A DNA stretch of 64,000 nt from contig VEQN01000001.1 of assembly GCA_018883165.1 (NCBI GenBank), positions 21,949 to 85,948 of the forward strand, read 5' to 3'. The DNA comes from Candidatus Tayloriibacteriota bacterium (GTDB taxonomy: Bacteria > Patescibacteriota > Minisyncoccia > Phycocordibacterales > CAIZLB01). The notes beneath the pieces are model-generated. The model was not told the origin of the DNA, ran no database searches, and saw only the letters and a list, made by a program, of their open reading frames with translations. Made by a program: the position numbers and the translations under genes. Position 1 is the first letter of the stretch. Every line of letters starts with the position of its first letter. Of this stretch, positions 41,547 through 51,002 are shown piece after piece.

Positions 41547-42260
41547 CTATCTAACCCCTCCAGCCTGGTTTCGCCACTCATCTATAGCTTTATGATCCCC
41601 TGACAACAACACCTCTGGAACCTTATATTTCTTACCTTTGTACTCCAAAACCTCTGGCCTTGTATACACATCACTTGAACTTGCTCTTGATTCTTCCCTA
41701 CTATCAAAATTTCCAAGTACCCCTGGGATTTGTCTTGAGATGACATCAATCATGAGCATCGCTGGGAGTTCGCCACCTGTTGTAACAAATGGACCCACTG
41801 TTATATCAACCATTTTAAATATCTTTTTTACTCGAGCATCTACCCCCTCGTATCTACCACAAAGAATCACAACATCTGTATATGAAGCTGGTATTTCAGC
41901 CGCAAATTCGTTCGTGAACTGAGTACCCGTTGGAGAGAGGAACACCAAGAGTGCTTTTCCTTTTTTCTTTTGTATTGCGACAACTGCTTTTTCAATAGCT
42001 TTAACAACTGGAAGTGCTTGCATGACCATACCTGGTCCACCACCATATGGCCTATCATCAACCCGAAGGTATGGCTTCTCGTTTTTCGATTGTGACTTTG
42101 TTGGCTTTACAAAATCCCTTGGGTTGTAGAATTTAATCGAAATATGTTTTTCTTTTTGAGCTCGTGCGACTATAGATTCATTGATGTACGAAGAAAGAGA
42201 CTCTGGGAAAAGAGTGATGATGTGAAAAGTAAGGGTTTTTTTAGCTTTTTTGATTGCCAT
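41547..42260 (-). CDS. trmD: tRNA (guanine37-N1)-methyltransferase.
   Basis: FHIITLFPE and the family-typical YGGGPGMVM block. Confidence 0.8.
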   Translation of the reverse strand: MAIKKAKKTLTFHIITLFPESLSSYINESIVARAQKEKHISIKFYNPRDFVKPTKSQSKNEKPYLRVDDRPYGGGPGMVMQALPVVKAIEKAVVAIQKKKGKALLVFLSPTGTQFTNEFAAEIPASYTDVVILCGRYEGVDARVKKIFKMVDITVGPFVTTGGELPAMLMIDVISRQIPGVLGNFDSREESRASSSDVYTRPEVLEYKGKKYKVPEVLLSGDHKAIDEWRNQAGGVR

Positions 42261-42329
42261 ATATATTGAATACTACATAAAATACATGTATTTGCAAAAC
42301 AAAAAGCCCCGAAGGGCTTTTTGTTTTTA

Positions 42330-42647
42330 TTACATATTAAGATCTGCAATCGCCTCGTCTACACTTTTTGTAGCTCCGAGTCCTGCATCTCGTGTACCAC
42401 CAACTGGTTCTTTAATTTGGATACTAATATTTGCCTGATGCTTTTTACCGAACGCTTTCATGATTGTTCGAATCGCTTGAGCAGTGTGTCCATTTCGTCC
42501 AATGATTTTACCCATATCAGCTGGGTCAACCACGAGCTCAATGAATACTCCCATGTCGTCCACCCGTCGACTTGTCTTTACTGCATCTGGGTTTTCAACT
42601 AACGCTTTTACAATATACTCAAGAAACTGTGTGTCTTGTTCGTGCAT
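42330..42647 (-). CDS. KH-domain RNA-binding protein (UPF0109/YlqC-like).
   Basis: ELVVDPADMGKIIGRNGHTAQAIRTIMKA matches the KH GxxG loop. It sits upstream of trmD, as is usual in the rpsP-rimM-trmD region. Confidence 0.7.
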   Translation of the reverse strand: MHEQDTQFLEYIVKALVENPDAVKTSRRVDDMGVFIELVVDPADMGKIIGRNGHTAQAIRTIMKAFGKKHQANISIQIKEPVGGTRDAGLGATKSVDEAIADLNM

Positions 42648-42768
42648 TTTATTCTGAAATATTACTTATACATTGACAGTATATCATGAATCACTTGATT
42701 ACATTACATACACATATGCACATGTATGCAATGTAATATGATACCTGTGTGAGAAAGATTCTCCCGTT

Positions 42769-43347
42769 TTAACACTTCTTTTCAATTCTTCTAACTTTCC
42801 AACCCGTATCCGCACCGTTGAGTCTATATATTGTCTTACTTGTACTATTAATATGGCTTACTAAACTGTTATGCAATATGTATACAATTGATTCAGGCGC
42901 AACCTGAGTGACATATACAACAGGAGCAGTACCTTTGTGTGGATTAGGTTGATCTGAAACAAACCTATACATACAAGATTGGTCGAATGGAGAATTATCA
43001 TTGAGTGGAACATTGACCCAGGCTGATGTGGCTGGTGCTGGAGATATGATTGTATTTCCACTAGTTGTTACACTAATCCAACTCGCTTTACCTTCAGCAT
43101 CTGACACGAGAAACTTTCCTGCTCCTTGTGTACCATCAATGAGTTGGAACCTTCCGAAGACAGCAAGACCACCTAATCCCAACTTACCACTCTTGTTCTG
43201 GTCACTCCCAGATACATTAAGTGGTGCAGGAGCATTATCCCTTGGAGGTCGAGGGGGTGCTGGATTCCATGCAAATGCCACGGATACAAAACCGAACAGT
43301 ACGATGACGGGTAATATATTTTTTGTAACAAAGATAATTTTTTTCAT
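42769..43347 (-). CDS. Secreted hypothetical protein (signal peptide, Pro-rich linker).
   Basis: Signal peptide MKKIIFVTKNILPVIVLFGFVSVAFA, then WNPAPPRPPRDNAPAPL. No known domain recognised. Confidence 0.5.
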   Translation of the reverse strand: MKKIIFVTKNILPVIVLFGFVSVAFAWNPAPPRPPRDNAPAPLNVSGSDQNKSGKLGLGGLAVFGRFQLIDGTQGAGKFLVSDAEGKASWISVTTSGNTIISPAPATSAWVNVPLNDNSPFDQSCMYRFVSDQPNPHKGTAPVVYVTQVAPESIVYILHNSLVSHINSTSKTIYRLNGADTGWKVRRIEKKC

Positions 43348-43382
43348 TGTGTATGATTACACTAAAATAATAACATAGGGAA

Positions 43383-44945
43383 TTACCATCCACCAGCTTC
43401 ATTGTTTGCCCTTTTATCAACACCCGAACAAATTCTAGAATCAACTACTTCATACGGATCTTTACAATAATCACCTACGGCACCCGCACGAAGAACACAT
43501 CTCCAAGATGGAGTATACAAAGTGTTTCGGTTATCACTTACAGGCTCATACGCTGTGTCGAGTTCCCATTTACTTGCATGTGAACAATCTCCATACATTA
43601 AAAGCCCACACGGATTACCCCAATCAATCCATGATTTACCTTCTCGGGTAGTGTTCGGATCACATAGATTCGCACCCTTTTTAGGAACACATTCATAGTC
43701 TACTCGAGAGAACAGTCTTCCAAATACTGACTTTTCTTTTTTTTCATATTTGTCGTAACAAGTTATCTTACACTCAGCGTTACAATATCCCTTACCTGCA
43801 CCAGCATAACTACTCTTTTCACATTCTTCACCTGGCTCTATCTTATCGTTACCACAAACAGCCGCCTGCCCATTGTTATTATTTCCATCAGGATTCTCAC
43901 CCCCATCACCATTATTATCTTGCATCCAGATACCTCCAGCTCCTAGTACTTCGGCTACCCATTGAGCTCCATCGGCTACACAAGAAGCTTCATCAAAATA
44001 TACAGGGTTTGTACAAGAATATGTATACAATTGATTCTCACACTCCGCCTTTGTACCAGAGACACCATCACTACATCTACCTACTTCTACTGGCTTATTT
44101 TGAGATACTGTGCTTGTACTTACATTGTTACTTGCTGGAGTATTAGGCACACCCTTACACGCCGCTGTGTTTGTACAATCTGAATCTTTACAATCAACAA
44201 CACCATCTCGATCATTATCTAGCTTATCGATACATGTTGTTTGATCTTCTGATTTTGGACATTTTGCATATGCACTGAATTTCTTAATCAAACCAGCAAG
44301 CCTCTGGCTTTCTGCAGTCAGTACTCTCTTTTTAGTACCATTGAGATGATTTGCGTACAAAGATTCAAGTGCTTTGATCTGGGCTGAAAAAGCACTTACG
44401 GCCTTTTTGGCGTTAGTAAATGAATTTATCAACCCGTTCATACCATCCTCAGCTTTTTTAATTGCTGTTTTTATGGTTGCGATTTGTTTCTCAATCACAG
44501 CTCTTTGTGCTGGTGTCTTAGCTGCAGTTAACTTTTGAGTACTCTCCTGCAATGCTTTCTTTTGTTTAGTAATCTCAGCCTTAAACTTTGACACACCCGT
44601 ATTGTAGGCACTCTCAACCTTCTTTAGGTTCTCATTAGCCTTGATTAATTGTTTTTGTATGGCAGACACCTGTGTCTTATATTTCTCTATCTCTTGGGGT
44701 ATCTTTGATATTTGCACATCAACCTTATTTTTCTCTGTATTTAAAACTGAAAGTTGTCTATCTGAGTAACAAGTAGGTTCGTTTGAATAATCTAGCGCAG
44801 ACACTGCTGCTAATTGATTTACAGAATTAATATTTTTTGACTGGTATTCTATGGAACCCCACACAAATGCACCGAACGCAGTGGCTAATACCAAGCTAAA
44901 TAGAATATGAGACATCCCATGCTGCATAATCTTTAATCGTGACAT
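43383..44945 (-). CDS. Membrane-anchored protein with a long coiled coil and a C-terminal Cys-rich domain (TSP3-like Asp-rich and Myxococcus-type CGN..GEEC repeats).
   Basis: N-terminal TM HILFSLVLATAFGAFVWGSI. About 180 aa of K/Q/A-rich coiled coil. DKLDNDRDGVVDCKDSDC, a calcium-binding-like motif. CGNDKIEPGEECEKSS..CNAECK. About 30 Cys in the last 250 aa. Confidence 0.55.
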   Translation of the reverse strand: MSRLKIMQHGMSHILFSLVLATAFGAFVWGSIEYQSKNINSVNQLAAVSALDYSNEPTCYSDRQLSVLNTEKNKVDVQISKIPQEIEKYKTQVSAIQKQLIKANENLKKVESAYNTGVSKFKAEITKQKKALQESTQKLTAAKTPAQRAVIEKQIATIKTAIKKAEDGMNGLINSFTNAKKAVSAFSAQIKALESLYANHLNGTKKRVLTAESQRLAGLIKKFSAYAKCPKSEDQTTCIDKLDNDRDGVVDCKDSDCTNTAACKGVPNTPASNNVSTSTVSQNKPVEVGRCSDGVSGTKAECENQLYTYSCTNPVYFDEASCVADGAQWVAEVLGAGGIWMQDNNGDGGENPDGNNNNGQAAVCGNDKIEPGEECEKSSYAGAGKGYCNAECKITCYDKYEKKEKSVFGRLFSRVDYECVPKKGANLCDPNTTREGKSWIDWGNPCGLLMYGDCSHASKWELDTAYEPVSDNRNTLYTPSWRCVLRAGAVGDYCKDPYEVVDSRICSGVDKRANNEAGGW

Positions 44946-45085
44946 GATAATACGTGTTATATATAAAAAGTATTAATACATATTAATCTAAGTATTTAAT
45001 ACACTTCACGTATAATTATATCAATGATATAGACCGAAAGATACACACCTACCAACAGCTTAAACCATAACAAAGGATATTTTTG

Positions 45086-45158
45086 TGCCGAGGGCCGGGC
45101 TCGAACCGGCGACCCCTTCCTCTTCAGGGAAATGCTCTACCAACTGAGCTACCTCGGC
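45086..45158 (-). tRNA. tRNA-Phe (anticodon GAA), CCA not encoded.
   Basis: Reverse complement GCCGAGGTAGCTCAGTTGGTAGAGCATTTCCCTGAAGAGGAAGGGGTCGCCGGTTCGAGCCCGGCCCTCGGCA folds into a cloverleaf: acceptor GCCGAGG/CCTCGGC, anticodon arm TTTCC-CTGAAGA-GGAAG, T-arm GCCGG-TTCGAGC-CCGGC. Confidence 0.85.
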
Positions 45159-45202
45159 AGGACCACTACTGTATCAATAAAATGGGTGAAAAATCAACTA
45201 GA

Positions 45203-45499
45203 CTAAAAATTCTTTAGCAGGTTCAATAATTGAGACGTATTTACACCCTCTAAATCTTTTGCAGGTGATGCCGCCTCTCCACCAAACGTACTGTAGAACT
45301 TCAACATCGTCTCAAGATACGGCTGAATGTAGTACAACGAACCAATCGTTAGCGCAACAATCACACCCCATTTGATAAATACAAAATATGAAGCAACTTG
45401 TGCTCTTCGGTATAGAGATTTAATCATTCTCTGATTTTCAGTAACCAGTTCGGATAATTCCTCTACCTTATGTTGTAATTCATCAATCTTTTGTTCCAT
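45203..45499 (-). CDS. Small hypothetical membrane protein (98 aa) with an N-terminal coiled coil.
   Basis: TM segment YFVFIKWGVIVALTIGSLYYI. ORF only. Confidence 0.4.
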   Translation of the reverse strand: MEQKIDELQHKVEELSELVTENQRMIKSLYRRAQVASYFVFIKWGVIVALTIGSLYYIQPYLETMLKFYSTFGGEAASPAKDLEGVNTSQLLNLLKNF

Positions 45500-45541
45500 A
45501 ACAAGGGGCTTTGCTACTGTAGCATATACATGAATAATTTT

Positions 45542-46480
45542 CTAGGCAGTTTTTCTCCATCGAGACACGATTCCACATGGCAATATTCGCTGTGGTACAC
45601 CAGGCCTCTTCTCCTCCTCAACACCTAATTCACCACTTGAAAGTTCACCACCATATTTCTGTACCAACACTTGCATATTGTTGTCATATGCAACTGGAGA
45701 ATACCCAGCCGCATATCCGTTTAAAATTACAAACAACGGATTATCTGACAAAAGTTTGAGAACATCCTCAAAGAACGGGAGGAAACTTTCTTCAATTCGC
45801 CACACTTCCCCTTTTGCGCCACGACCAAATGCTGGCGGGTCCATAATGATCGCATCATATGTGTTCCCTCTTCTTATTTCTCTTTTTACAAACCCATACG
45901 CATCATCCAAGATCCATCGAACTGGTAAATCTTTAACTCCCGTTGATTCTGCATTTAGATTAGCCCATGTAAGTGCTGACTTTGATGCATCAACATGTGT
46001 CACTTCAGCACCTGCTTTAAGCATTGCAACTGTTGCACCTCCGGTATAACCGAAAAGGTTTAAGACCTTAATTTTTCTTTGTGGGTTCTTTTTTAATTCA
46101 TCTACAACAATATCTGTTGACCATTTCCAATTCACGAATTGCTCTGGAAATATACCAGTATGTTTAAACGGTGTCGGTTTAATATTAAATATTAAATCTG
46201 CAAAAGATATCTTCCACCCATCTTCGATTCCTTTTCTAGTGTATACCCAAGTACCCCTTTCTTCATCTCTGTTTGTCCGATCTCGAACAAATGACGCATC
46301 GGCGCTACCCCATTCTTTTTCAGAAAGTCTTTTTCTCCACAATGCTTGTGGATCTGGTCGAGACAATGTCACAGAACCGTATCGCTCGAGTTTCATTCCA
46401 TCTCCACTATCAAGGAGCGCATATTCTTTTTGTGCAGGAGTTTTAAAGATATTAAGATCTGACATGTTCGTAGTATACAC
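45542..46480 (-). CDS. Class I SAM-dependent (r)RNA methyltransferase, RlmI/YwbD-like.
   Basis: SAM-binding motif VLNLFGYTGGATVAMLKAGAEVTHVDASKSAL and catalytic region DAIIMDPPAFGRG. Confidence 0.6.
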   Translation of the reverse strand: MYTTNMSDLNIFKTPAQKEYALLDSGDGMKLERYGSVTLSRPDPQALWRKRLSEKEWGSADASFVRDRTNRDEERGTWVYTRKGIEDGWKISFADLIFNIKPTPFKHTGIFPEQFVNWKWSTDIVVDELKKNPQRKIKVLNLFGYTGGATVAMLKAGAEVTHVDASKSALTWANLNAESTGVKDLPVRWILDDAYGFVKREIRRGNTYDAIIMDPPAFGRGAKGEVWRIEESFLPFFEDVLKLLSDNPLFVILNGYAAGYSPVAYDNNMQVLVQKYGGELSSGELGVEEEKRPGVPQRILPCGIVSRWRKTA

Positions 46481-46488
46481 TGTTTTTG

Positions 46489-46560
46489 TGCCGTCAGCAG
46501 GAATCGAACCTACATCTATCCCTTAGGACGGGACTGTTCTATCCATTGAACTATGACGGC
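46489..46560 (-). tRNA. tRNA-Arg (anticodon CCT), CCA not encoded.
   Basis: Reverse complement GCCGTCATAGTTCAATGGATAGAACAGTCCCGTCCTAAGGGATAGATGTAGGTTCGATTCCTGCTGACGGCA. Acceptor GCCGTCA/TGACGGC, D-stem GTTC/GAAC, anticodon arm GTCCC-GTCCTAA-GGGAT, T-arm GTAGG-TTCGATT-CCTGC. Confidence 0.8.
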
Positions 46561-46592
46561 AAAGCGCATGATATTACTCATGCGCGTTTGAC

Positions 46593-47054
46593 TTACTTAG
46601 CCTCAGGTGTTTGAGGTTGTGGTCTTAGACTTCGAAGTGCATCAAGGACCTCAACATCAAATGTGAGTTGAGCATCTGGCGGAATGATATATCCACCCTT
46701 TCCATCTGGAACACCCTGGCTTCCATATGCTTTGTCACCTGGAATCACAAGTGTTTTCTTTTCACCAATCTTCATACCAACTACACCTTCATCCCAACCT
46801 CGAATCACCATACCTGCCCCGAGGACAAACTGGAATGGTTTGTTTCGAGCCGGCTGACCATTTACTGATTGGTTTGAACTATCGAAGATAGTTCCATCTG
46901 ATAATTTACCTGTGTAGTGCACAAATACTACATCTCCGTTCTGTACTGTTCCGTGAAGTTCATTCATAAGTGTTGGTGATACAAAAAAGTATGTACCGAA
47001 AGCACCCACAAGGAATGCAATCGCCACAGCCATCATGTTAGTTTTATTAATCAT
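46593..47054 (-). CDS. FKBP-type peptidyl-prolyl cis-trans isomerase with an N-terminal membrane anchor.
   Basis: VHYTGKLSDGTIFDSS, FQFVLGAGMVIRGWDEGVVGMKIGEKKTLVIPGDKAYG, and an N-terminal TM helix. Confidence 0.8.
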   Translation of the reverse strand: MINKTNMMAVAIAFLVGAFGTYFFVSPTLMNELHGTVQNGDVVFVHYTGKLSDGTIFDSSNQSVNGQPARNKPFQFVLGAGMVIRGWDEGVVGMKIGEKKTLVIPGDKAYGSQGVPDGKGGYIIPPDAQLTFDVEVLDALRSLRPQPQTPEAK

Positions 47055-47085
47055 TAAATTAAATATCTAAAGAGCTAATAAAGAT

Positions 47086-47340
47086 TTACTGCTGAGCAGG
47101 TGCTGCTGGTGTAATACCTACAACTTTTGAAAGTAGAGCTTCATTGTATCCAACAATGATCTGACCATCAATTTCAAAGACAGGTACTCCGAGTTGTCCG
47201 CTCTTTTCAACCATCTCTTCCCGCTCTTTTGGATCAGCGGCTACATTTACATCTGTAAATGCAATATTATGGCTTGTAAGGAATTCCTTCGCCATCTTGC
47301 AGTAACCACAAGCTGGCGTGCTATATATCTTTATTGTCAT
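47086..47340 (-). CDS. Glutaredoxin-like small redox protein.
   Basis: IKIYSTPACGYCKMAKEFL carries a CxxC active site in a thioredoxin fold (84 aa). Confidence 0.7.
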   Translation of the reverse strand: MTIKIYSTPACGYCKMAKEFLTSHNIAFTDVNVAADPKEREEMVEKSGQLGVPVFEIDGQIIVGYNEALLSKVVGITPAAPAQQ

Positions 47341-47387
47341 AGTAGGTGCATTATACCCTCTTTGAGAGGCTCGTACAACCTTACATT

Positions 47388-47768
47388 TTATCGGAACACA
47401 TTCACTACAGAATCAAAGAATTTCTTTATAACCCCTCTCTTATCTTCTTCAATTATCGGTATTTCCTTGTCTACAATGACCACAACACCTTCTCCGTCCT
47501 TTACCACATCAAACTTGTGACGTATCTCATGTTCAACACCCGCAGGAGTCCGTAACATTTCATTATGATTCTCGATATTTGAGAGTCTTTTCTGTAGCTC
47601 TTCTTTTTGCTTTAAGATACGTTCCATCTCAGCTCTGCTGTCTTTTTCTTTTATATATACCCCATACGCCCCACGAGAAACGATGACTAACAAAAAAAGT
47701 AATATGAACAATGTACTTTTAGAGTACATTCTTTTTTTAACTGTGTTTTTCTCTTGAAATTCTCGCAT
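47388..47768 (-). CDS. FtsB/DivIC-like septum-formation protein candidate (TM plus coiled coil).
   Basis: N-terminal TM LFILLFLLVIVSRGAYGVYI, then coiled coil ERILKQKEELQKRLSNIENHNEMLR. The architecture is typical of FtsB/DivIC. Confidence 0.45.
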   Translation of the reverse strand: MREFQEKNTVKKRMYSKSTLFILLFLLVIVSRGAYGVYIKEKDSRAEMERILKQKEELQKRLSNIENHNEMLRTPAGVEHEIRHKFDVVKDGEGVVVIVDKEIPIIEEDKRGVIKKFFDSVVNVFR

Positions 47769-47924
47769 ATGTATATTCTTGCATACAGTATACCATTTGG
47801 TACTATGTATGCATGTTATTCGATCAAAGAAACCAGAAATACATTAAGTGGATTTGGAATGCTCTAGCGATTCTCATTGCGCTTTCAATGATTCTCCTCT
47901 ATATCCCTGCATTGTTTCAGTAAT

Positions 47925-49427
47925 CTATATTGAAACAGTCTTTGTAATACCAACCTTCTCCACGAATTTTTTGTCGTGGCTCACCAATATCACAGTTCCT
48001 GAGAATTCTAGAATTGCCTGTTCAAGCGCCTCTACCGCTTCTATATCAAGATGGTTTGTCGGCTCATCAAGAACGATACAATTCGGCTTCATGAGATACA
48101 TGAGTGCAAGTTGAAATCTTGAACGTTCACCTGAACTTAGATCTGTCACATGCTTTTTTGCATCTGCATCATCAAATCCAAATCTTTTAAGTGTCATACG
48201 GAAGTTTCCCTCGCTCTCATTGTCACGTACAACATCAAATACACTACAAATTACATCAATGATATCTTTGTGATTGCCAAAGCTTTCTAACACCTTCTCT
48301 TGTGGTAGATACCCAATATGCATGTTACTACCCAACACAACCTTACCTTTGATTGGTTTGATCTCACCTAATATTGCTTTTACAATTGTTGATTTACCAG
48401 AACCATTCTTTCCTTGTATGTGTACTTTTTGACCATACGAAATATCAATATTAAATGGACCAATGCTTTGTGTTGAATCATATGCAAAATATGCATCTTC
48501 TATCATGCACACCTTTTCACCTGATCTTTGAGTAACTTCAAACGTTAATCGGATTGGAAGTTTTACCACTGGCTTTTCAACACTTCTCTCTTCAATCTGC
48601 CGACCCAGTCTGTCACGTACCACTTTTGCACGAGTACCCATTCTCCCTTCTTTGTCTCTAAGGTACGCAGCTGCCGGTTTTTCTTTCTCACCAGGATCAA
48701 GCTTTCTGTTGTTTGCCCGTGTTCGTTCGATTTTTCTCTGCCACTCCTCTTTTCGATGAACATCTTTTTGTAGACGCTTTACTTCTTCCTGTTGCAGTTC
48801 ATAGTCTTTCCACTGATCTTCAATTTCTTTTTTCTTAATTTCTCGATATTCAGAATATGTACAGGTATACACCTTTACCGTTCGGGTATATTCATCAATT
48901 TCATATATCTTGTTTGATACCGCATCAAGAAATGTACGATCATGCGATACCACTACAAGTGCGGACTTTTTCGGTAGAGACGATATCTCATCTTGAAGCC
49001 AAGAAAGTCCATCAGCATCCAGATTGTTTGTCGGCTCATCAAATACATACAATGTGCGGTGTACATCTACACCACTATCCTTCTGTGCAAATATTTCAGA
49101 AAGTATTCTTTTTGTTTTTTCACCACCTGAAAGGTTGCCCACTTCTTCACCTGGAATCTGAGGTACATACTGTATGTTCAAATCATCACTCATATCCACT
49201 GATCCGGAGATGAGTTCAAGTTCATCATTTTTTTGTGCAATATATTTCAGTAAACTAGACTTTCCTGCTCCGTTTGCACCCACGAGTGCAATCCGATCCC
49301 CTGACATGATATTAAATTCAATATGTGACAACACATCAAAAACTCCATAGCGAAATGAGGCATCTTTGAAGTGTACGAGCATGTTGTCTTTCTTGGACAT
49401 ATGCATAAGTATACACGATGTTGACAT
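47925..49427 (-). CDS. ABC-F family ATPase: two ABC domains, no TM domain (EttA/Uup-like translation factor).
   Basis: Two Walker A motifs GANGAGKSSLLKYI and GKNGSGKSTIVKAI. Two LSGGE/LSSGE signatures. Two Walker B/D-loops DEPTNNLD and DEPTNHLD. A charged linker lies between the domains. Confidence 0.8.
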   Translation of the reverse strand: MSTSCILMHMSKKDNMLVHFKDASFRYGVFDVLSHIEFNIMSGDRIALVGANGAGKSSLLKYIAQKNDELELISGSVDMSDDLNIQYVPQIPGEEVGNLSGGEKTKRILSEIFAQKDSGVDVHRTLYVFDEPTNNLDADGLSWLQDEISSLPKKSALVVVSHDRTFLDAVSNKIYEIDEYTRTVKVYTCTYSEYREIKKKEIEDQWKDYELQQEEVKRLQKDVHRKEEWQRKIERTRANNRKLDPGEKEKPAAAYLRDKEGRMGTRAKVVRDRLGRQIEERSVEKPVVKLPIRLTFEVTQRSGEKVCMIEDAYFAYDSTQSIGPFNIDISYGQKVHIQGKNGSGKSTIVKAILGEIKPIKGKVVLGSNMHIGYLPQEKVLESFGNHKDIIDVICSVFDVVRDNESEGNFRMTLKRFGFDDADAKKHVTDLSSGERSRFQLALMYLMKPNCIVLDEPTNHLDIEAVEALEQAILEFSGTVILVSHDKKFVEKVGITKTVSI

Positions 49428-49581
49428 ACCAGAAACTTACTGTACTATTTTGCAGAAAAAAGCTCTTTACATATTCAAGGTGAAATATCTGTGCATCTAC
49501 TAGGTGTGTGGGTGTTTCACCTTGAAGCATACCGTAGTCTTGGTCTGTTAAATGTGAAAGAAAACCAAACACGTTCTACCC

Positions 49582-50979
49582 ATGACACACCCATCCCTAC
49601 CACCCAAACCACATCCACAACTCTTCCGTTCAGGATTCCTCTCCGCTTGGTTCCAGACACCACCCGGAACAAGCAGCGAGATGTTTACCCATAAGCCGTC
49701 GCGGGCATCTCTTACTGCTGCGCGCTGGCACATCGAATATGCAAAAAAGCACGGTATCCAGACCATTGAATTGGCTGGGGCTCATACCAAACGCACCGCA
49801 AATGTCAATCCGGAAAAACTCGCAGACCCGGTTGCAGCACACTGCGACATGGAGACCACCAGCGACGGAGAAGGCACAGACATGAGCGACGACTTCATCA
49901 AGCGGCTGAAAGATGCCGCTGATGGCAAAGTCACTATCGGCACACTCGGAACATTCGAAAATGCTCTGCATCTCGACCTCGGTGCCCGACGCCAAAACAT
50001 CATGCACTTCCGGCGCGCAATTCGAGCTGTGGCGCGGATGAAAGCACTCGGTCTCGGAACTGAAGGGGTCACGATCTTTGTTGGCCGAGACGTCACAAAA
50101 TCAGTGGCAGAGAACCTGCGGCTGTTCGCCAAGGTCCTCATTCCTATCGCACTGTATGCAAAAAGCCTGGGCGTCAAGATCTTCATCGAGAACTGCCCGA
50201 TGTGCGGATGGAGTGAGACCCACGAGGTCTTCATCCAAAACATCGCGAATAACGTGGAGCACTGGATCGTCATGGCGCGCACCATCGAAGAAGCTGGCCT
50301 GAAAGGCTGGGTCTTCATCAACTATGATGCAAGTCACGACATCCTCCAGTTTACTCGCCCAGAGTGGGTGTTCCAAATCCTTAAGCGTGCGGGCTACGCT
50401 TGGATCATTGGCCGATTCCACGGCAAAGACTTGTCGCGAATGTCTGGTTACACAGCAGCGGCGACTTCTCTTGGCTCACGAATCCGTGGACCCTGGGAAA
50501 AGATGTCTGGTGATCAACCCCTACCGGGCGCGACACACCACAACCCCCTCGCCATTGCAAATGGTCAACAAGTGGACTGGTTTGGATTCTGTGTCCATGC
50601 AATCACAAGCCTTGGCTGTGCATCAGACCCAAACAACCTGATGACATTCACCACCGAATGTGAGCACGGCGCACTCCGATACTGGAAAAACTTCCTCGTG
50701 CCCGGAACCACAGACAAGTGGGACCAAGAACGACACGCGGAAGTCGCAGGTGCGGTTCTTGCCTCATCTATCCAATACATCCAGCATCAAGGATGTGCTG
50801 CGCTCCAACACACCTACATGCGAGATGTTCTTGCCCAAGTCCCCGGGTCAATCTGGTCATATCAACCACTCGACCCAAACAACTTGGAACTCCTACCTGG
50901 GGTTGATGACTGCATCAGTCGTGCGAAAGAATTCGAAATTGGTCCAATCAACATGACCGAAGAGGTCGTCATTGAATAA
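49582..50979 (+). CDS. Divergent xylose-isomerase-family TIM-barrel protein with a Pro-rich N-terminal extension. Compositional outlier.
   Basis: GTEGVTIFVGRDV resembles the XylA FWGGREG block. IGRFHGKD resembles the XylA FHD.D metal motif. KIFIENCP resembles the XylA EPKP block. 60-nt hand counts give about 50-55% G+C, with frequent CTG/CGC/GCG codons, versus about 37-48% in the flanks. Confidence 0.45.
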   Translation: MTHPSLPPKPHPQLFRSGFLSAWFQTPPGTSSEMFTHKPSRASLTAARWHIEYAKKHGIQTIELAGAHTKRTANVNPEKLADPVAAHCDMETTSDGEGTDMSDDFIKRLKDAADGKVTIGTLGTFENALHLDLGARRQNIMHFRRAIRAVARMKALGLGTEGVTIFVGRDVTKSVAENLRLFAKVLIPIALYAKSLGVKIFIENCPMCGWSETHEVFIQNIANNVEHWIVMARTIEEAGLKGWVFINYDASHDILQFTRPEWVFQILKRAGYAWIIGRFHGKDLSRMSGYTAAATSLGSRIRGPWEKMSGDQPLPGATHHNPLAIANGQQVDWFGFCVHAITSLGCASDPNNLMTFTTECEHGALRYWKNFLVPGTTDKWDQERHAEVAGAVLASSIQYIQHQGCAALQHTYMRDVLAQVPGSIWSYQPLDPNNLELLPGVDDCISRAKEFEIGPINMTEEVVIE

Positions 50980-51002
50980 GGCCAAGCCCTGACTACGGAG
51001 AA

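Noticed and set aside
46239-46526. 95-aa plus-strand ORF.
   Set aside because: It overlaps the 5' end of the methyltransferase gene and the whole tRNA-Arg gene. It is spurious.
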